The notes under the pieces are model-generated. The model was given only the letters and a program-made list of their open reading frames with translations. It searched no databases and had not been told where the DNA came from. Positions 1 through 13,268 of a stretch of DNA of 64,000 bases are shown in pieces. How positions within the stretch are numbered: the stretch's first letter is position 1; the number at the start of each line of letters is the position of its first letter. The position numbers and the translations under genes are program-made. This DNA comes from Perna viridis. Lineage: Eukaryota. Location of the stretch: assembly GCA_037379345.1 (NCBI GenBank), contig CM074523.1, positions 25,512,995 through 25,576,994 of the forward strand, given 5' to 3'.

Positions 1-162
1 TTGTCCTTTGTTGATAAACATTATGTATGACTTCGTAACAGTTTAAGATTGAATAAAAATCAAAAATCAATTAGACATACATAAAGGGGGAGAATCTAGA
101 ATGCACATCATCGTACGTCTCGTACTTTTGAATTGTTCTTTTACTAATTTATGTATATTTAG

Positions 163-240
163 GGAATCGTCGTATCGGTTGTGAAGACTCCTGCAACAAA
201 AATTACCATTACAAGAGATCTCCTGGTCGAATTAAAGAAC
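163..240 (+). CDS. Guanylyl cyclase exon (kinase-homology domain start, GIVVSVVKTPATKITITRDLLVELKN)
   Basis: tttAG acceptor, GTAAGT donor, phase 0-0; resembles the GxxVAIK..ITR..L.ELK segment of receptor GCs. Confidence 0.88.
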
Positions 241-759
241 GTAAGTATATTTTAAAATCTATGGGCCAATTCATATTAAATGATTGTTATCACTTTCTAA
301 CAGTGATGTTGTAGGTATCAGTCCACATAAAATTCATTAACTGCCAATGGTAAAGTGACTCATGGTGTAGAAAAACACACCAAACAAACAATGTTTCTTC
401 AGTCTACATATGCTATATTTTCGCATACCGATAATTATTTCTGTATTCGGATCTATACTTTTGAGAAAATCATACCTCCCACTAAAACAAACCAAATCAA
501 ACAAAATCAAGAACGATAACTCTTGCAAAGTGTCAATTTCATGAACAATCTATATAATCTTTATCTCAAGAGCGCAACAACCAAATGAAAAATTAAGACT
601 TCTTTCTAAACAAGAAATAAAGTTGAATTCGCTTGGTTTTCAACATGCATGAATCACCTCCTGCCTGATTTTTTTTTTATAAAGACAGGTACTTTAAAAT
701 ATGTCAACAGTAATGAATTATAAAGTCCTTGTCAATATAATTTTGAGTTTGTTGTTTTC

Positions 760-862
760 TTGACTTCCCTCAAAGCTTAACATTGACTTCCCTCATGGCA
801 CAAAATTGACTTCCCTCAAAGCTCAAAGTTTACTTCTCTCAAAGCTTAAAAATTGCCTTCAC
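760..862. repeat. Degenerate ~23-bp tandem repeat, 4-5 copies
   Basis: ttgacttccctcaaagcttaa. Confidence 0.75.
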
Positions 863-2225
863 TATGCTTTCCTCTTTATCATGTAACAAGAAGGAAAGTA
901 TATTCAAGCAATTTGTTAACCAAGCAATTAATAAATTGAGACAACTTTATTTTGGCCTATGTTTCTACATATTTTATGAGAGAAATTGATTCCGGCTCAG
1001 CAAAGAATTATATTTTTAGTTACTTTTAATTTGTATATGGTGATTGACAATGGAGAACTGGGTATTGCATATAGGGGTCGATAGGACAATTTATCTTTAA
1101 AGAAGAACTTAACGGCATTAATTTTTATGTGGCAATATATTTTGAAATGAGGAAAGATTTAAAAGACATTTAAAGCCTTCGTTTAGCCAATTGGAAAACT
1201 GTTGTCTTAACGTGACATGAAAAAATTATTTACGAGAAAAGTTATTTACGATTGAAATAACTTACTCGATCTAAAAACGAAAAACACTACCTTAAAAATG
1301 AACAGATCTTAGCTACTTGTACAACCCTCCAGCAATGCCAGAAATCTTCCAACAAAATTTGAGAAATAAATCACAGAAATTCTATTTTATCAATGAGCGA
1401 TAGCGAGGGGAAAAATATCTGCATAAATGGTCAGCCCGTGGTAAAACAATGATAAAATAGAGTTTTCGTGGTTTATGTCGATTCTAATAGGACAATAACT
1501 TTTTTTTACATTTAAGTAACCAATTACGGTAATCTTAGACCCGCCATATTTGTCCACATTTGGTTGTACATTTTCCTTAGCTATGTCAGTTGAAATGGTC
1601 GTTCGCCAGTGAAACTTTGGGTTGTATATTTTATAATGAAGCAAAAGGCGAATTAAGTAGAACGATGTTAGATATAACGGTAGTCGTTTGCATTATAAGG
1701 TCACAGTGTTCAGACATTGACAGGTACAATGTTACATTCATTGACGACTGTTGTTGTTTGGTTTCATACATGATGGCGCACGTGCCACGTGCTACCGAGT
1801 AAGGATGTAAGGAATTTTTACGGAATATGAACGTTTAAAATTTTTATTAAAATTGAATTTGTTCATTCACTCTATTGAAATAAATGAAAACAGCTGATAC
1901 AGACATCGGAATATTACGCGTATTTATTTACATGGTTAAGGTGGGCAGTAATTTATACACATTTATTTAATGACTAAACAATGCACGAAACAATGCATGA
2001 ATTAATGTAATGACAAGATTATGTATTCAAAAACTAAAACGGTATATAACAAAGCAAAAAAAAAACAAAAACAAAAATAAAAACAATGAACAAATGAACA
2101 AACAAACAAAATAAAAAAACTCAACTACAAACAAAATCGTGAAATTAAAAAAAATAACAGAAGGAAAGCTGGAGTTCGATATAAAAATAAGGATATAACC
2201 TATGACCTTTCGGACGTATTTGTAG

Positions 2226-2330
2226 ATGAGAGAATTGAATTGTAACAACGTGGCAAAGGTAGTCGGACTGTACAGGTCGTATAATGGTGCTTTCATCGTA
2301 ATAGAAAATTGTACTAGAGGAAGTCTTCAG
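2226..2330 (+). CDS. Guanylyl cyclase exon (MRELNCNNVAKVVG...ENCTRGSLQ)
   Basis: tgtAG/GTaccg, 105 nt, phase 0-0; CxRGSLQ motif. Confidence 0.9.
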
Positions 2331-3760
2331 GTACCGCATTTACGTAATAAAAGGTTGACAATTTATTAACCTTAAAAATTAGAAGCCGAAATAGGTCTGA
2401 CAAAACGTTCAAATTGAGTTCATTCATTAAGATAAAATACGTGTCAAAATGGTATCAAACCGTGAAGTCGATTCCATAATTCTCAATTACCTAACCTCAC
2501 TCATAATTGACGTATTCTAAGAATAATTAAGATATCATTGTTATGAGAACAGTAAGCAAATTTGATCATTAATATCAAACTTGTTATTTCTAGCTGTAGC
2601 ATTCAAGACTACAATCCTTATTTATACACAATCGCCTATTAATGAAGCGTAATCATTTCAGGTGTTACATAGATTTTTAGGTTCATGTACAGTTATATGA
2701 CGTGCATATGTAACTTGAAATTCTATTCACAAGTTTGATATGGTCTTTAAATACGCATTGTGTTATTATCAAACTTATATATCTTTTAACCTACTAATAA
2801 TGTAAAAATCAGTAAAATTATGGAATTTAGGGATAATAACAAAAAACATCAATATTTGTGTACATAAGTAAATATTAGAAATTTCACGAACCATATTGAT
2901 CAATTAGAGAAAAAGTGAATATACCATATTGCTTCAATTGAGATAAGTCGGAACACCCATCTGATCAGTTGGGTAAAGTCACACAAAATCGTTCCATATG
3001 AGATAAAAAAAAAAGGGCCATACTCATTTTTATCGATTTGAGATATATTGGAATAATACATAGATTCATTCATTTGTAATAAAAGGGTATCATTTCAATA
3101 GAGTTTAATAGATAAGATAGTAATAAAATAATTAATTGAAAAGACTGAATGACTAAAATATTATCAAGAGTGCAGAAGAACGTCCAGATCTAAGGAGTCA
3201 GCGAAACTTGTTTCGCACACGAGTTACATCTTCAAGCGTTCTTGGCACGAGTGATCAATTTATTGTTATTCGTGATAACCAATAGTTTATTCTATTTATT
3301 ATATAGATTTTCTTCATAATTTATCGATACATTCAACATGAATTTTAAATACCGTGATTGCCGGATTGATATCAAAGTTTTGGCGGGAGAAAGTCCGGGA
3401 GTGAAATTACCAAATTTATTTCACAGTGTGAATAATTGCAATATATTACAAAGGGGGCATTGGATAAAACACTGCTTTCTATATAGTAAGATACGATAAT
3501 GTCTTTATTGTGTGAAGCTGAAATAATTTATTGCAAATATAATTGTAAGTATATAAATAGCAACAACAATTGCGAATATAATATATATATTTGTTTTCAT
3601 AGCAGAGAAAAATATAACACAATGCTAACAACTTATTACCCACTTGTAATACAAGATTTAAACTCCAAAACATCACATCGATCAAATTTCTAATGGTATA
3701 TCCAATATACCTTTTTATGTATCAGAATATTCTAATTTGTTAGATCAATTATCATTGTAG

Positions 3761-3832
3761 GATATTATGCAAAATGACTCTTTGGATCTGGACTGGGATT
3801 TTAAAGCTGCCCTGCTTACTGATGTAGTAAAT
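3761..3832 (+). CDS. Guanylyl cyclase exon (DIMQNDSLDLDWDFKAALLTDVVN)
   Basis: tgtAG/GTATGT, 72 nt, phase 0-0; LDWxF motif. Confidence 0.92.
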
Positions 3833-4907
3833 GTATGTTAACAATTATAATAAGTGTCTTAGAAAATACGTAAATATGTTTATAATCATAATGTTCGTCC
3901 GTTTACCACTTTTCTCTTCACAGACAATTGATATTTTGACAGAAGCATATGTATGCCATATCATAGGATTCTGTTTTAGTTTGAATCAATATAACTTCTT
4001 GTTCGACCACGTGGTTACTAGGGTTTGGAGCGGGACTATATTTTAGTGCCATTCGCGTGCAGTTTATTTTAGTCTTTACTCATTTACAAACTGCAATGAA
4101 TCGAAATATACGTAAATAATTCCAAGTTGATTTACTGTTTCTCATTTTTGTTTGCTTTATCCACTTTAGTTTTCGTATAACACATATAAATTGTTTTTTG
4201 TCATATTTTCAATTTACTTTTTTAATATGAATCGCTAATTATTTTCCAGACCGCAAAAATAGTATCCGCTAATATGTTTCAATGCAAGAATGCACCAAAA
4301 TAAACAACCGCGAAAACATTTATTGTAATAGAACAACTAAAGCAAGGGTTGTCAAATAAAATAACATTTCATTACTTTTTAATGATCTAGTGATATTTAC
4401 TTTACATGACACATTATTCAAAACATGCATTCACTGCAACACGATGCGTTTACTACTCGCTAATTCTAAAGGCTTATTTAGACAAGCTACATATGCATAA
4501 TTATTTTTTTTATATTGCTTGGCTCAACTCCACGATTAAACAACCGTTATTCATGAAATAAGATATTAGCATTGAAGGTTATAATCCCAGACTTTTCCTA
4601 CCCTGAATTATATTATATTTTATCTATCATATTTATGAAACCTGACGGTATTCCAAATTAATAAATACGTAAAACACTGAGGCTTCATTCCTTGCATTGC
4701 ATATGGTGGTGCATTTGGCCTCTTTCGATAGTTATGGTTTTTAGTACTTCTTGTATACAACAAATATTTTGATTATGATCTTCCTATATCTTTGATTTAA
4801 ATGCTGCTGGTGCGAGGTTACTCCTTGAAACACGTGCACGTCACATCGAAATTTACAATATATAAAACTGGTAGTTTTTGTATTTACACCAATTATATTC
4901 TTTGTAG

Positions 4908-5064
4908 GGCATGAACTACCTTCATGACTCGCCTATTCTAATTCATGGCAGACTAAACAGTGAACGTTGCATTATTGACAGTAGATTTGTACTAAAGATT
5001 TCTGAATTCGGTCTACCTTCTGTGCTTGGACGTGATCCCTTGAAATATATAGAAAATGAAAAAG
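4908..5064 (+). CDS. Guanylyl cyclase exon (GMNYLHDS..HGRLNSERCIIDSRFVLKISEFG..)
   Basis: tgtAG/GTAGTT, phase 0-1; pseudokinase catalytic-loop region. Confidence 0.93.
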
Positions 5065-5839
5065 GTAGTTCTTACGTATTGCAAAATGTGTGTGTGTGTG
5101 TGTGTGTTTCTTTTTAGTAAGACACTAACCCTGTAGTCCATTGATTACCATTTGAAGCGTCGATTGAGACCACGAAAAAAACGTACTAACTTTTTTTATT
5201 TTTACCATAATCCTTTTCTCATATTTACGGAATGCAAGCAATTTAACAATTATTTTTTAAACGTGACGTAACCTAACTACACACGCTAAACTGGTATACG
5301 TTTATAACAATGGTAATACTCGATAAATCATACTTACAATGTATATATATATACAATTACATCTCAAAAACATAGAGGTTTCATTCCTTGTTTTAAACTT
5401 GACATACTCCTATCGGTACTGGATTTGATTGGTATTTTTGTATTTACTTATACTGAAAGACCCTTAATACTTTCTTTTGTAAAATATATACACTACAGAT
5501 AACGTTCAGATGTGTGTTATCTATTTCATCAAAAAAAAAAAACAGACACTTTTAAAATGCAATACTCTTAGGCTATAATTACTATTTTAATAGGATGTCA
5601 AAACATTGAATTGTTTATTGTATTTTTAGATATCTTTTGGGGTGTAGGAATTTGTATCTTTTTTCAAAGTCCTAGTTTTTTTTTAGAAAATCTTGGAAAA
5701 ATCCTTTCAAGCTAAGTTTTGAATTTACTTATCTCAAGAAAATACTTTTGAATATCCTTTCGTAAGCTCGCTAATTGAACATACTAGTATTTATATAAGT
5801 ATCGACGCCTTTCTATTTACACTCTATGTGTATTTCCAG

Positions 5840-5983
5840 AATACCTGTGGTTTGCACCAGAGTGTCTCCGAGGGACGAAAGTTTCCCAAGCCGGAGACGT
5901 CTACAGTTTCGGGATAATTTTGTACGAGATTTTGACTCGAATGTCACCATATGAGGAAGAACTGGAATCACTCACTCTAACTG
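5840..5983 (+). CDS. Guanylyl cyclase exon ([23 protein letters not shown]..)
   Basis: ccAG/GTACAT, phase 1-1; kinase subdomains VIII-IX. Confidence 0.93.
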
Positions 5984-6715
5984 GTACATCTTCTTGTTGA
6001 TTTGTCCATTGTACCTTACAGTCATCATTTAAAAATCTTTTTTTTTCTTTCAGGAAATGATCATTTTCCAGAAGTTTTGGGATTATGATATCAGATAGTA
6101 GGTCTTGCTCAACCAAACCTATCATTATACAGGAAAGATAATGAAAAAGGTCAAACACATATCTGAATCTAGTCGAGTATTGCTACAAAGGTCAAAACAA
6201 CTCAAAATTCAAATGGATCGAGATTCATGTGAAATTCACAAGTGTTCAACATTAAAAAAATACGTCCACTCATTTTTTTTATGTCAAAACTTGCCATAGT
6301 ATTAGACATTTTGTTTAATTCTTTAAGTAGAGATTATTTGATACCTTTTTCGTTTAAATAAATTTAAAGCCAACTTTTAATGATATATGCACCAAAGTTC
6401 TGAACAGCTTTTGACAATCTAAAGTCGCTTTATATGGTGCAGACAGCCTTATCAAAAGATACAGGAATCATGAAAATTGAATGGTTTTATGCGACGTTAT
6501 CCGATTGTCAAAAGACATTTGATTTGATTGATTTCCAAGAATCCGAAAAAGCTTGTCTGCAGTGGTCAGTACAGGGGGATCAAGCATCTGTAATTTAGTT
6601 CAGATGGAATATCCTCTCTTAATATCCTTGTTTTCACAAATGATTCATGAGTTAAGCGAACCCAAATGGGTAGCTATTTATGCTTCTTTTCATTATCGCC
6701 ACATTACATTTTCAG

Positions 6716-6890
6716 AAATGTTACAGCAAATTAAAACAAAAGGGATCAAGCCATTCAGACCATCTCTGAACCATATCAGAGACATTGACAAACCCGAAAT
6801 TATTGAGCTCATGGTAACTTGTTGGGACGATATATTCTTCAAACGTCCGACCTTCCGTCACATTAAAAAACAATTACGGGGAATTACTGG
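6716..6890 (+). CDS. Guanylyl cyclase exon (..PFRP..LMVTCWDDIFFKRPTF..)
   Basis: tcAG/GTACGT, phase 1-2; kinase subdomains X-XI. Confidence 0.92.
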
Positions 6891-6932
6891 GTACGTGTAA
6901 GATAAGTTATGCAATTAAATTAAATTCCGACA

Positions 6933-7151
6933 TAAGGAATACACCTAGGGTAAGGGATAACTCCTGAAATCAGTAATATGTTTGTTTCATATTCAATTTT
7001 ACCAAATCCTTTCAAGCTTTCCTTTGGAACAGAATGAAATCAATCCAAGTTACTATGATGCTTACATCAGATGGATATAAACAGCCTGAATACAAAGATT
7101 TCAATGAGAGTTGTAAGAGTTGTGTCCTTTACCTTAGGTCTACTTCATTAA
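6933..7151. mobile_element. MITE family A (~220 bp, TIR GGAGGTAGACCTAGGGTAAGGGACATAACTC, TTAA flanks; Kolobok-like). Other copies at 9353-9535, 19451-19658, 20220-20415, 24297-24509, 47891-47970
   Basis: Shared TIRs and interiors in both orientations. Confidence 0.75.
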
Positions 7152-7591
7152 GAAGAGCAAACATAATATCTTTAGGAAGCCCAGCAAAAATGAACAGTGG
7201 TTAATATTTACAGATATTAACTGTGTATATATTAGTGTGCAAATTTCAATTTACTTTAAACAAAATGAACTTCATCTCCGATGTTATTGCAATCACACTT
7301 CCCGTCCCCTGTATATAAATATTTTAAGCAATACCACTGACAAATTTCTTACAGTTAGTACAACTGCTATTGCATCCTTTTCACATATTTTTAAAAAGAG
7401 TATTTGCAATATGTATAATTTACCCTGGTCCGTTTGTGTGGAAACAAAACTTACATTATAACCTCACAATGTCCTTAATTTGAAAACGATGCTGCCCATA
7501 TAATTTTTTACCGGTCCATATGGCATTATATTGACCGGCATTTATATCTCATAAATAAACATATGAAAATCTAAAAAGTATAATATTTCAG

Positions 7592-7741
7592 AATATCAGC
7601 TAGTCACAACATTTTGGACTCCCTGCTGCGAAGAATGGAGCAATATGCAAATAATTTAGAGGAACTTGTGGGACAAAGAACAGAAGCATTCCTTGACGAA
7701 AAGAGAAAATCAGATCAATTATTAGAACAAGTCTTACCCAG
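7592..7741 (+). CDS. Guanylyl cyclase exon (coiled-coil dimerisation helix, [23 protein letters not shown])
   Basis: tcAG/GTTAGG, phase 2-2. Confidence 0.95.
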
Positions 7742-8796
7742 GTTAGGTCATATCATTTATCAAATGTTTTGTTATAATTGTTCTTATCCTTGGATACTTG
7801 TCCCTTTCGTTAGGATCTTGATTCGAATTGACGGTCCCTAATTATTTAGTTCTACTGTCCTTTTATAAAAACAATCTATGGTATGAACTCTTGATGATCA
7901 GGGCTAGTGTAGCCTCAACTTGAAAAATCCGTCTTATCGATGCGATTGATTTATTTTATTAATTTCCATCCTTTTTTATATAGTTTTGGCGTCTGATGTT
8001 TTAAAATTATATCTTTTTTTTTTCTTTTTATTTATGTTAAGTGAAGTAGTAATTCGATTAAAACATATACTGTAACTGGTATTTTAATTTCAAAATTTAA
8101 TTACAGTTTTATTTTATTTCACACTTAAATAAGCAACTGAGGTCAAACTCGATTTACTACATTCTTTTTTTTTTATTTGAACTTTGATGACGTTTAAACT
8201 ACACAATTTGTTTTCATTTTACACATACAACATGGAGGGAATTGAAATTACTTCAGATTTATAACTGTGACGTAAAGTATTACAAACAACATGACCGGAA
8301 ATGAAATTACTTCAGATTAATAACTGTGGTGTAAGGTATTATTTAAAAATATCTTATCATTCATACTTGATCTTTTTTTTCATTTTTAGTGATCTGTTTG
8401 AATAAGGTGCTAAGGAATTGAAAAATGACTTCGAAATGTTGTAAAACTTCCATGAACTCGACAACTTTTTCGAATATGTCTCGGCGTAACTTACATACTT
8501 CCTGTCTAATAAATCTCTTAGGGCAATGTCTAACTAAACAAAATTGGGTTTTGTGTTATTTCAATGCGAAACTACTTCAAATTTTGTAAACAATATCAAA
8601 TTATTAACTTTTCGACTTTTGTATTGTCCTTATTACAATAATGGATTAAAACAAAACTTACAATATGCAAATTTGCAAAAGAACACAATTCGTAAAAACT
8701 TTTTAAGAGATAGAACTCATTTGGTTCAATATTTATGAATTTATTTCAAAAACATGGCAAAAAAAAAAGTTCTTAATTGTCCCTTCTTTGTTTTAG

Positions 8797-8920
8797 CACT
8801 GTGGCAGATAGATTGAAAAACAACAAATCAGTATTTCCAGAAGCATTCGAGTGTGTCACTATATATTTCAGTGATATTGTTGGGTTTACCGTTTTATCGG
8901 CTATGAGTTCTGCCATGGAG
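8797..8920 (+). CDS. Guanylyl cyclase exon ([18 protein letters not shown]..)
   Basis: ttAG/GTTTGC, phase 2-0; first metal-binding Asp. Confidence 0.95.
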
Positions 8921-9544
8921 GTTTGCACTTTTAAGAGGGTGTCCGAGCAAAACCAGGCAGTGGGTGGCACATGAAAAAAATTTTGTTTTAAAAAATTCAC
9001 TACCTATTTCATATCACAAATACATCCTTTATTGAAGTTAAATGTTGTTTTTTTATTATTAACTGTAACGATCAATGAGAAATTATTGAAATTCATTGAA
9101 AAAGGGAGCAAAATTTTGTTGTTTTTTTTGGGAACTTAAAAACCATTTTCCGAGCCATCCATTCTGCCACCCAAATCATAGGATCTGTCTGATTTTCATA
9201 TGGACAGCCTCTTAAAATTTATTTCATATCTAAATATAGATAAATATGTATTGTAATGTTGAAATAATTGTGATATCACGCGACCCAAAAGTCCCAGAAA
9301 TTTGAAAGTCTGATTGAAAGTGTCTTTACACAGATATGTATCAAACCTTATTTTAGGAGGTAGACCTAGTGTAAGGGACATAACTCTTACAAATCATTGG
9401 AATGTGTTTGCAATGCATTTACGCATCAAGGTAACGTGGATTTATTTCATTCTATTTCAAATAAAATCTTGATAGGCTTTGGAAAATTGAAAATGGTGCG
9501 AACGTATTACTGATTTCAAGAGTTGCGCCCCTAAGCCCAGGTCT

Positions 9545-10370
9545 TCCTTTTATGAGAATGACTTTAAAGCTGATTTGATCAGAAAGAAAGAATATCGTTT
9601 GGCTTGATCCTTCAATCTCAGTTTCCGATATATAGATGACGTATTATCTTTAAACAATCCTAATTTCGGGGATATGATACATCGCATCTACCCAAAAGAA
9701 CTGGATATAAAGGATACTACAGACACTGTGATGTCAGCCTCATATCTTGACCTACACTTAGAGATCGATGGTAAAGGAAAACTATTGACCAAACTTTACG
9801 ACAAACGTGATGACTTTTCATTCAGAATTGTCAACTTTCCTTTCATCTGTGGCAACATCCCTTCGGCTCCTGCGTATGGAGTGTTCATATCACAACTCAT
9901 ACGTTATGCCAGAGCTTGCCGAAACTACGCAGACTTTTTGTATCGCGCTAGAAGTCTAACGAATAGGCTTTTGGAACAGGGTTATGTTGCTACAAGATTG
10001 AAGTCATCACTACAGAAGTTTTATGGTCGTCATCATGAACTCGTGGATCGTTATGGTGTATCCATCAGCACCATGAAAACTGATTTATTCAACGGGTCAT
10101 AGTTTGCCTTTCCTCGTTTGTGACATTTTATGAGCAACTCGGCGGTTGTTTCTAGAAAAGCAGAGGACGCTTACCCTACCGGTGGACCTGGTCCATGCTC
10201 CCAGTTTTTAGTGGAGTCCGAGTTGCTCATTTACTTTTGTTACTTTGTATGTATGATTTTAGTTACTTTATGTTCTTTGTTGTGTGTGTCTGTTTTCCAT
10301 GTCTGGTCTTTTTCCCTGGATTACATTCTTTTGATTACCGCTATAACCTTGGTTCCCTTGATTACTCTTA
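9545..10370 (+). mobile_element. 5'-truncated Penelope-like retroelement (RT C-terminus plus 3' terminal region)
   Basis: Frame gives FRYIDD..YLDL..KLYDKRDDF.F.IVNFP..SAPAYGVFISQLIRYARAC, an RT/thumb with no C-terminal endonuclease. Contains an in-frame TGA at 9605. The 3' part recurs elsewhere in the window. Confidence 0.85.
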
Positions 10371-11161
10371 AAACAAATATACTTGTACAACCAAAGCTGT
10401 ACTACTAATTACTGTATTCAGCAATATTCTGTTTTAAGAGATTGAAATTAATACCAATGTAGTGCATTTTATGTAAATATCGATAAATTTCTCCTTGCAA
10501 TCGACAAAAGTAAATAATTACTGGAAGCTGTAACTTTACCCTTTTCAAGCATAAAAGTGTCAAATATTCCATTGCAAACGATTATATAATAAACATTTAT
10601 GATCCAAAACTTGCGTAAAAGTGTAAAAGTGAAACAAAAATATCACAATTACCAGTTCAAAGAAGGGTTTGTATTGTTAGGGTTCTTAGTTTAGATATTG
10701 TTCTTACAATGTAATATAACTTTTTTCACAAACAATTATTGGTCAGTATGTTGATTAGCGTCGTTCACATTATATATGTATAAAATGCAAGTAAGACAGA
10801 CGTTAAGTACTCCTCTGTCTAAAAATCAGGCAAAATGTGTATAAGGTGATTGATTGATTAATTGATTTTTACGTCATAACCGCAAGAAATAGGAATGAAT
10901 GTGTTTGTAAAGTTTGCCTTCTTAAGATATAGATTCGTCAAGTTCAGTTGAAACGCACTATGAAAAAATTACGTGTAATTTTGCTCACACTTTTTTCCTA
11001 TAGAAGAAGTAAAAATATCTATCTAGGTACCATTCATTGATAAATATTTCAATTTGTTAGACATTTGAACTTTTACAATACCTTTAATACAAAATATTAT
11101 GGCGAATTAATAATTAAACTGTATTCATTTATAACATCGGGATTATAATATTATTTTCTAG

Positions 11162-11230
11162 GTAGTAGACTTTCTCAACGATCTATACTGTGCTTTCGAT
11201 GCGATCATAGAACTGTATGACGTCTATAAG
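11162..11230 (+). CDS. Guanylyl cyclase exon (VVDFLNDLYCAFDAIIELYDVYK)
   Basis: ctAG/GTAAAT, phase 0-0. Confidence 0.95.
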
Positions 11231-11627
11231 GTAAATTTGATAATCACTCCAAGTGGAAGAAAGTCTAAAAATTAATAATAAACAAATAATTCATTTAAGT
11301 GGCAGTCTTTATAAAAATCAGACACGAAGTGATTCATGCATGTCAAGAACCCTCGAAGTCAACTTTAATTTCTAATTCAGAAACAGTCACAGAACAGAAA
11401 ACCAGTTTGTCATTCGGCGGTTGCACCTTTGAGATAAACATTACGAAGATTGTTCTTGATTGCGTTTTATTCGGTTAGTTTTAGTGGGAGATGAATGGTG
11501 TGTTTTTTTTTCTTAAAAATACAGATCTGAATACAGAAAGGACTATTCTAATTTATAGCATATGAAGACTGAACACCATTTTTACACCGTTTTACACCAT
11601 GAATCACCCCGACCATTGTCAGTGTCT

Positions 11628-11786
11628 GGGTCCGGTTTCATAAAACATTCTTACATTTAGATTTTCTTCAAATCCTTGAGTTTTCCTCAAATCTTCAACT
11701 TTGAAAGATCTGATTTGTTGAAAATTGAGTTGAGGCAGAATTTGAGGAAAATCTTAATTTGAGATATTTTATGAAACTGGCTCCTG
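11628..11786. mobile_element. Foldback MITE (GGTCCGGTTTCATAAAA..TTTTATGAAACTGGCTCC), Harbinger-like; end fragment near 63010-63047
   Basis: Long imperfect TIRs. Confidence 0.55.
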
Positions 11787-12104
11787 AACTTCACATCGAC
11801 TGGTACTTAAAGCAATTAAATGTAACCCACCGCATGGATGTATTTGTCTCAAGATGTATTTCATAAATACTGTGAAACCTGTTTTAACCGAACCCAGAAA
11901 AAAAACTGATGACCTCTCATAAAATCCATCCTCTTATACGGGCTGTAAAAAATAGGAGATGACAAAGATATGGAATTCAAGCAAGTAAAGTCAAATCAGA
12001 TTTCTTCTAAACTTCATTCATATTAACGACCTCTACCTTCTCAATCCGAACATTCAGTCCAAAAGAGCTTCGGTTTAGACAAGTTTCAAAGTGTGCTAGA
12101 GGAC

Positions 12105-12190
12105 AAAAAAGCACTAGCAGTATGAACACCTATAAAATAGATGTTCCGGGAGGGTAAACATGTTCTGCTCCGCCAGTGGTACTTGTCATA
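12105..12190 (-). mobile_element. Diverged Penelope-like 3' terminal motif
   Basis: ggagcagaacatgtttaccctcccggaacatc parallels gcagaggacgcttaccctaccggtggacc at about 10160. Confidence 0.5.
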
Positions 12191-13093
12191 CTGCAGAAGA
12201 GTACAATTCGGTGACAGTCCACCTACAATAATGCAACTTGCCTTCATGAATAAATGATTCATGCATATCTTTTTGTCCAAAAAAAAACCAATTATACGGT
12301 AACCATACATTTCTGTTATAAATGAAAGTTCCTCTGAAAGGTAATTTGTTTAGTAGATAAACATAGCAAAATTTTAGCGGGGTTCTATTAAAAAGGACCA
12401 ATTAGTTTCCCGCCATTTTGCTCTGAAACCAATCGAAAATTAGCTCAAAATATAACAGCAGACTTCTTCTTGTTGGTATTTAATATCCAGAGGCTCTTTT
12501 AAGTAAATCTAAGGTAATTAAGATTCAATAATAAATAGGTGGCGTAATACCCCTTGCATGATTCATTTTTTGGCTATACACTGGACTATGTCAGTATTTA
12601 TATACATCGATCGTTTGAATTTTTATGTGAAAGACATGTCATTATCGTGATTAAATGACCATTGTGTGACCTACTTTTGTTCATGAATGAAGTATTATAA
12701 CACAAAAACCGAACTGATAAACTACAACAAATGACAGTATCACGGTTTGAACCAGACATTTGGAAACCATTTGTCCTGACTTGGAACGGTCATTTCGTTT
12801 GAAAGTTTTTGGATGAACTAGGTTTGGCAGCGCGCCTAACCTCTCGCTTCCATTACAGTTCATTTTCCCGGTATATAAAATATAAACAGGCAGCATTAAA
12901 TTGCCCCGGCTATAGTTGGTAAATTAATAACCAAAACAGTACAGAAGATAAGATAAACTAGCCACATTCATAAGGTGAAAAGGACCAAGTACAATGAAAA
13001 TACAAGGACATGCAATATAAAGAATGCACCTTCTGTCGAACCAGCGAAAGATGCCTTCAAAATAGATCTTGAACAAATGTTTATAAATTATAG

Positions 13094-13268
13094 GTAGAGA
13101 CCATCGGAGACGCCTATATGGTAGTATCTGGACTGCCAACCCGGAACGGAAACGATCATGTTCGACAGATTGCAATGATGTCTCTTGATATACTCCGAAA
13201 TGTAAAACTCTTCAAAATTCGACATTTGCCTGACAGATGCTTGATGGCAAGGATTGGAATACATTCAG
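13094..13268 (+). CDS. Guanylyl cyclase exon ([21 protein letters not shown])
   Basis: atAG/GTATTT, phase 0-1; second metal-binding Asp. Confidence 0.96.

Noticed and set aside
2027-2296. Phe-rich minus-strand ORF
   Set aside because: Artefact of an A-rich low-complexity tract plus the antisense of a cyclase exon.
9605-9607. In-frame TGA upstream of YIDD in the Penelope-like RT as possible selenocysteine recoding
   Set aside because: The context LA*SFN is not an obvious Cys position. CGA-to-TGA decay in a truncated copy is simpler, and I see no canonical SECIS.
10130-10408. Hydrophobic ORFs (also 41749-42189, 43850-44038, 45215-45484) as a small membrane-protein family
   Set aside because: All are translations of the T-rich non-coding 3' end of the Penelope-like element.
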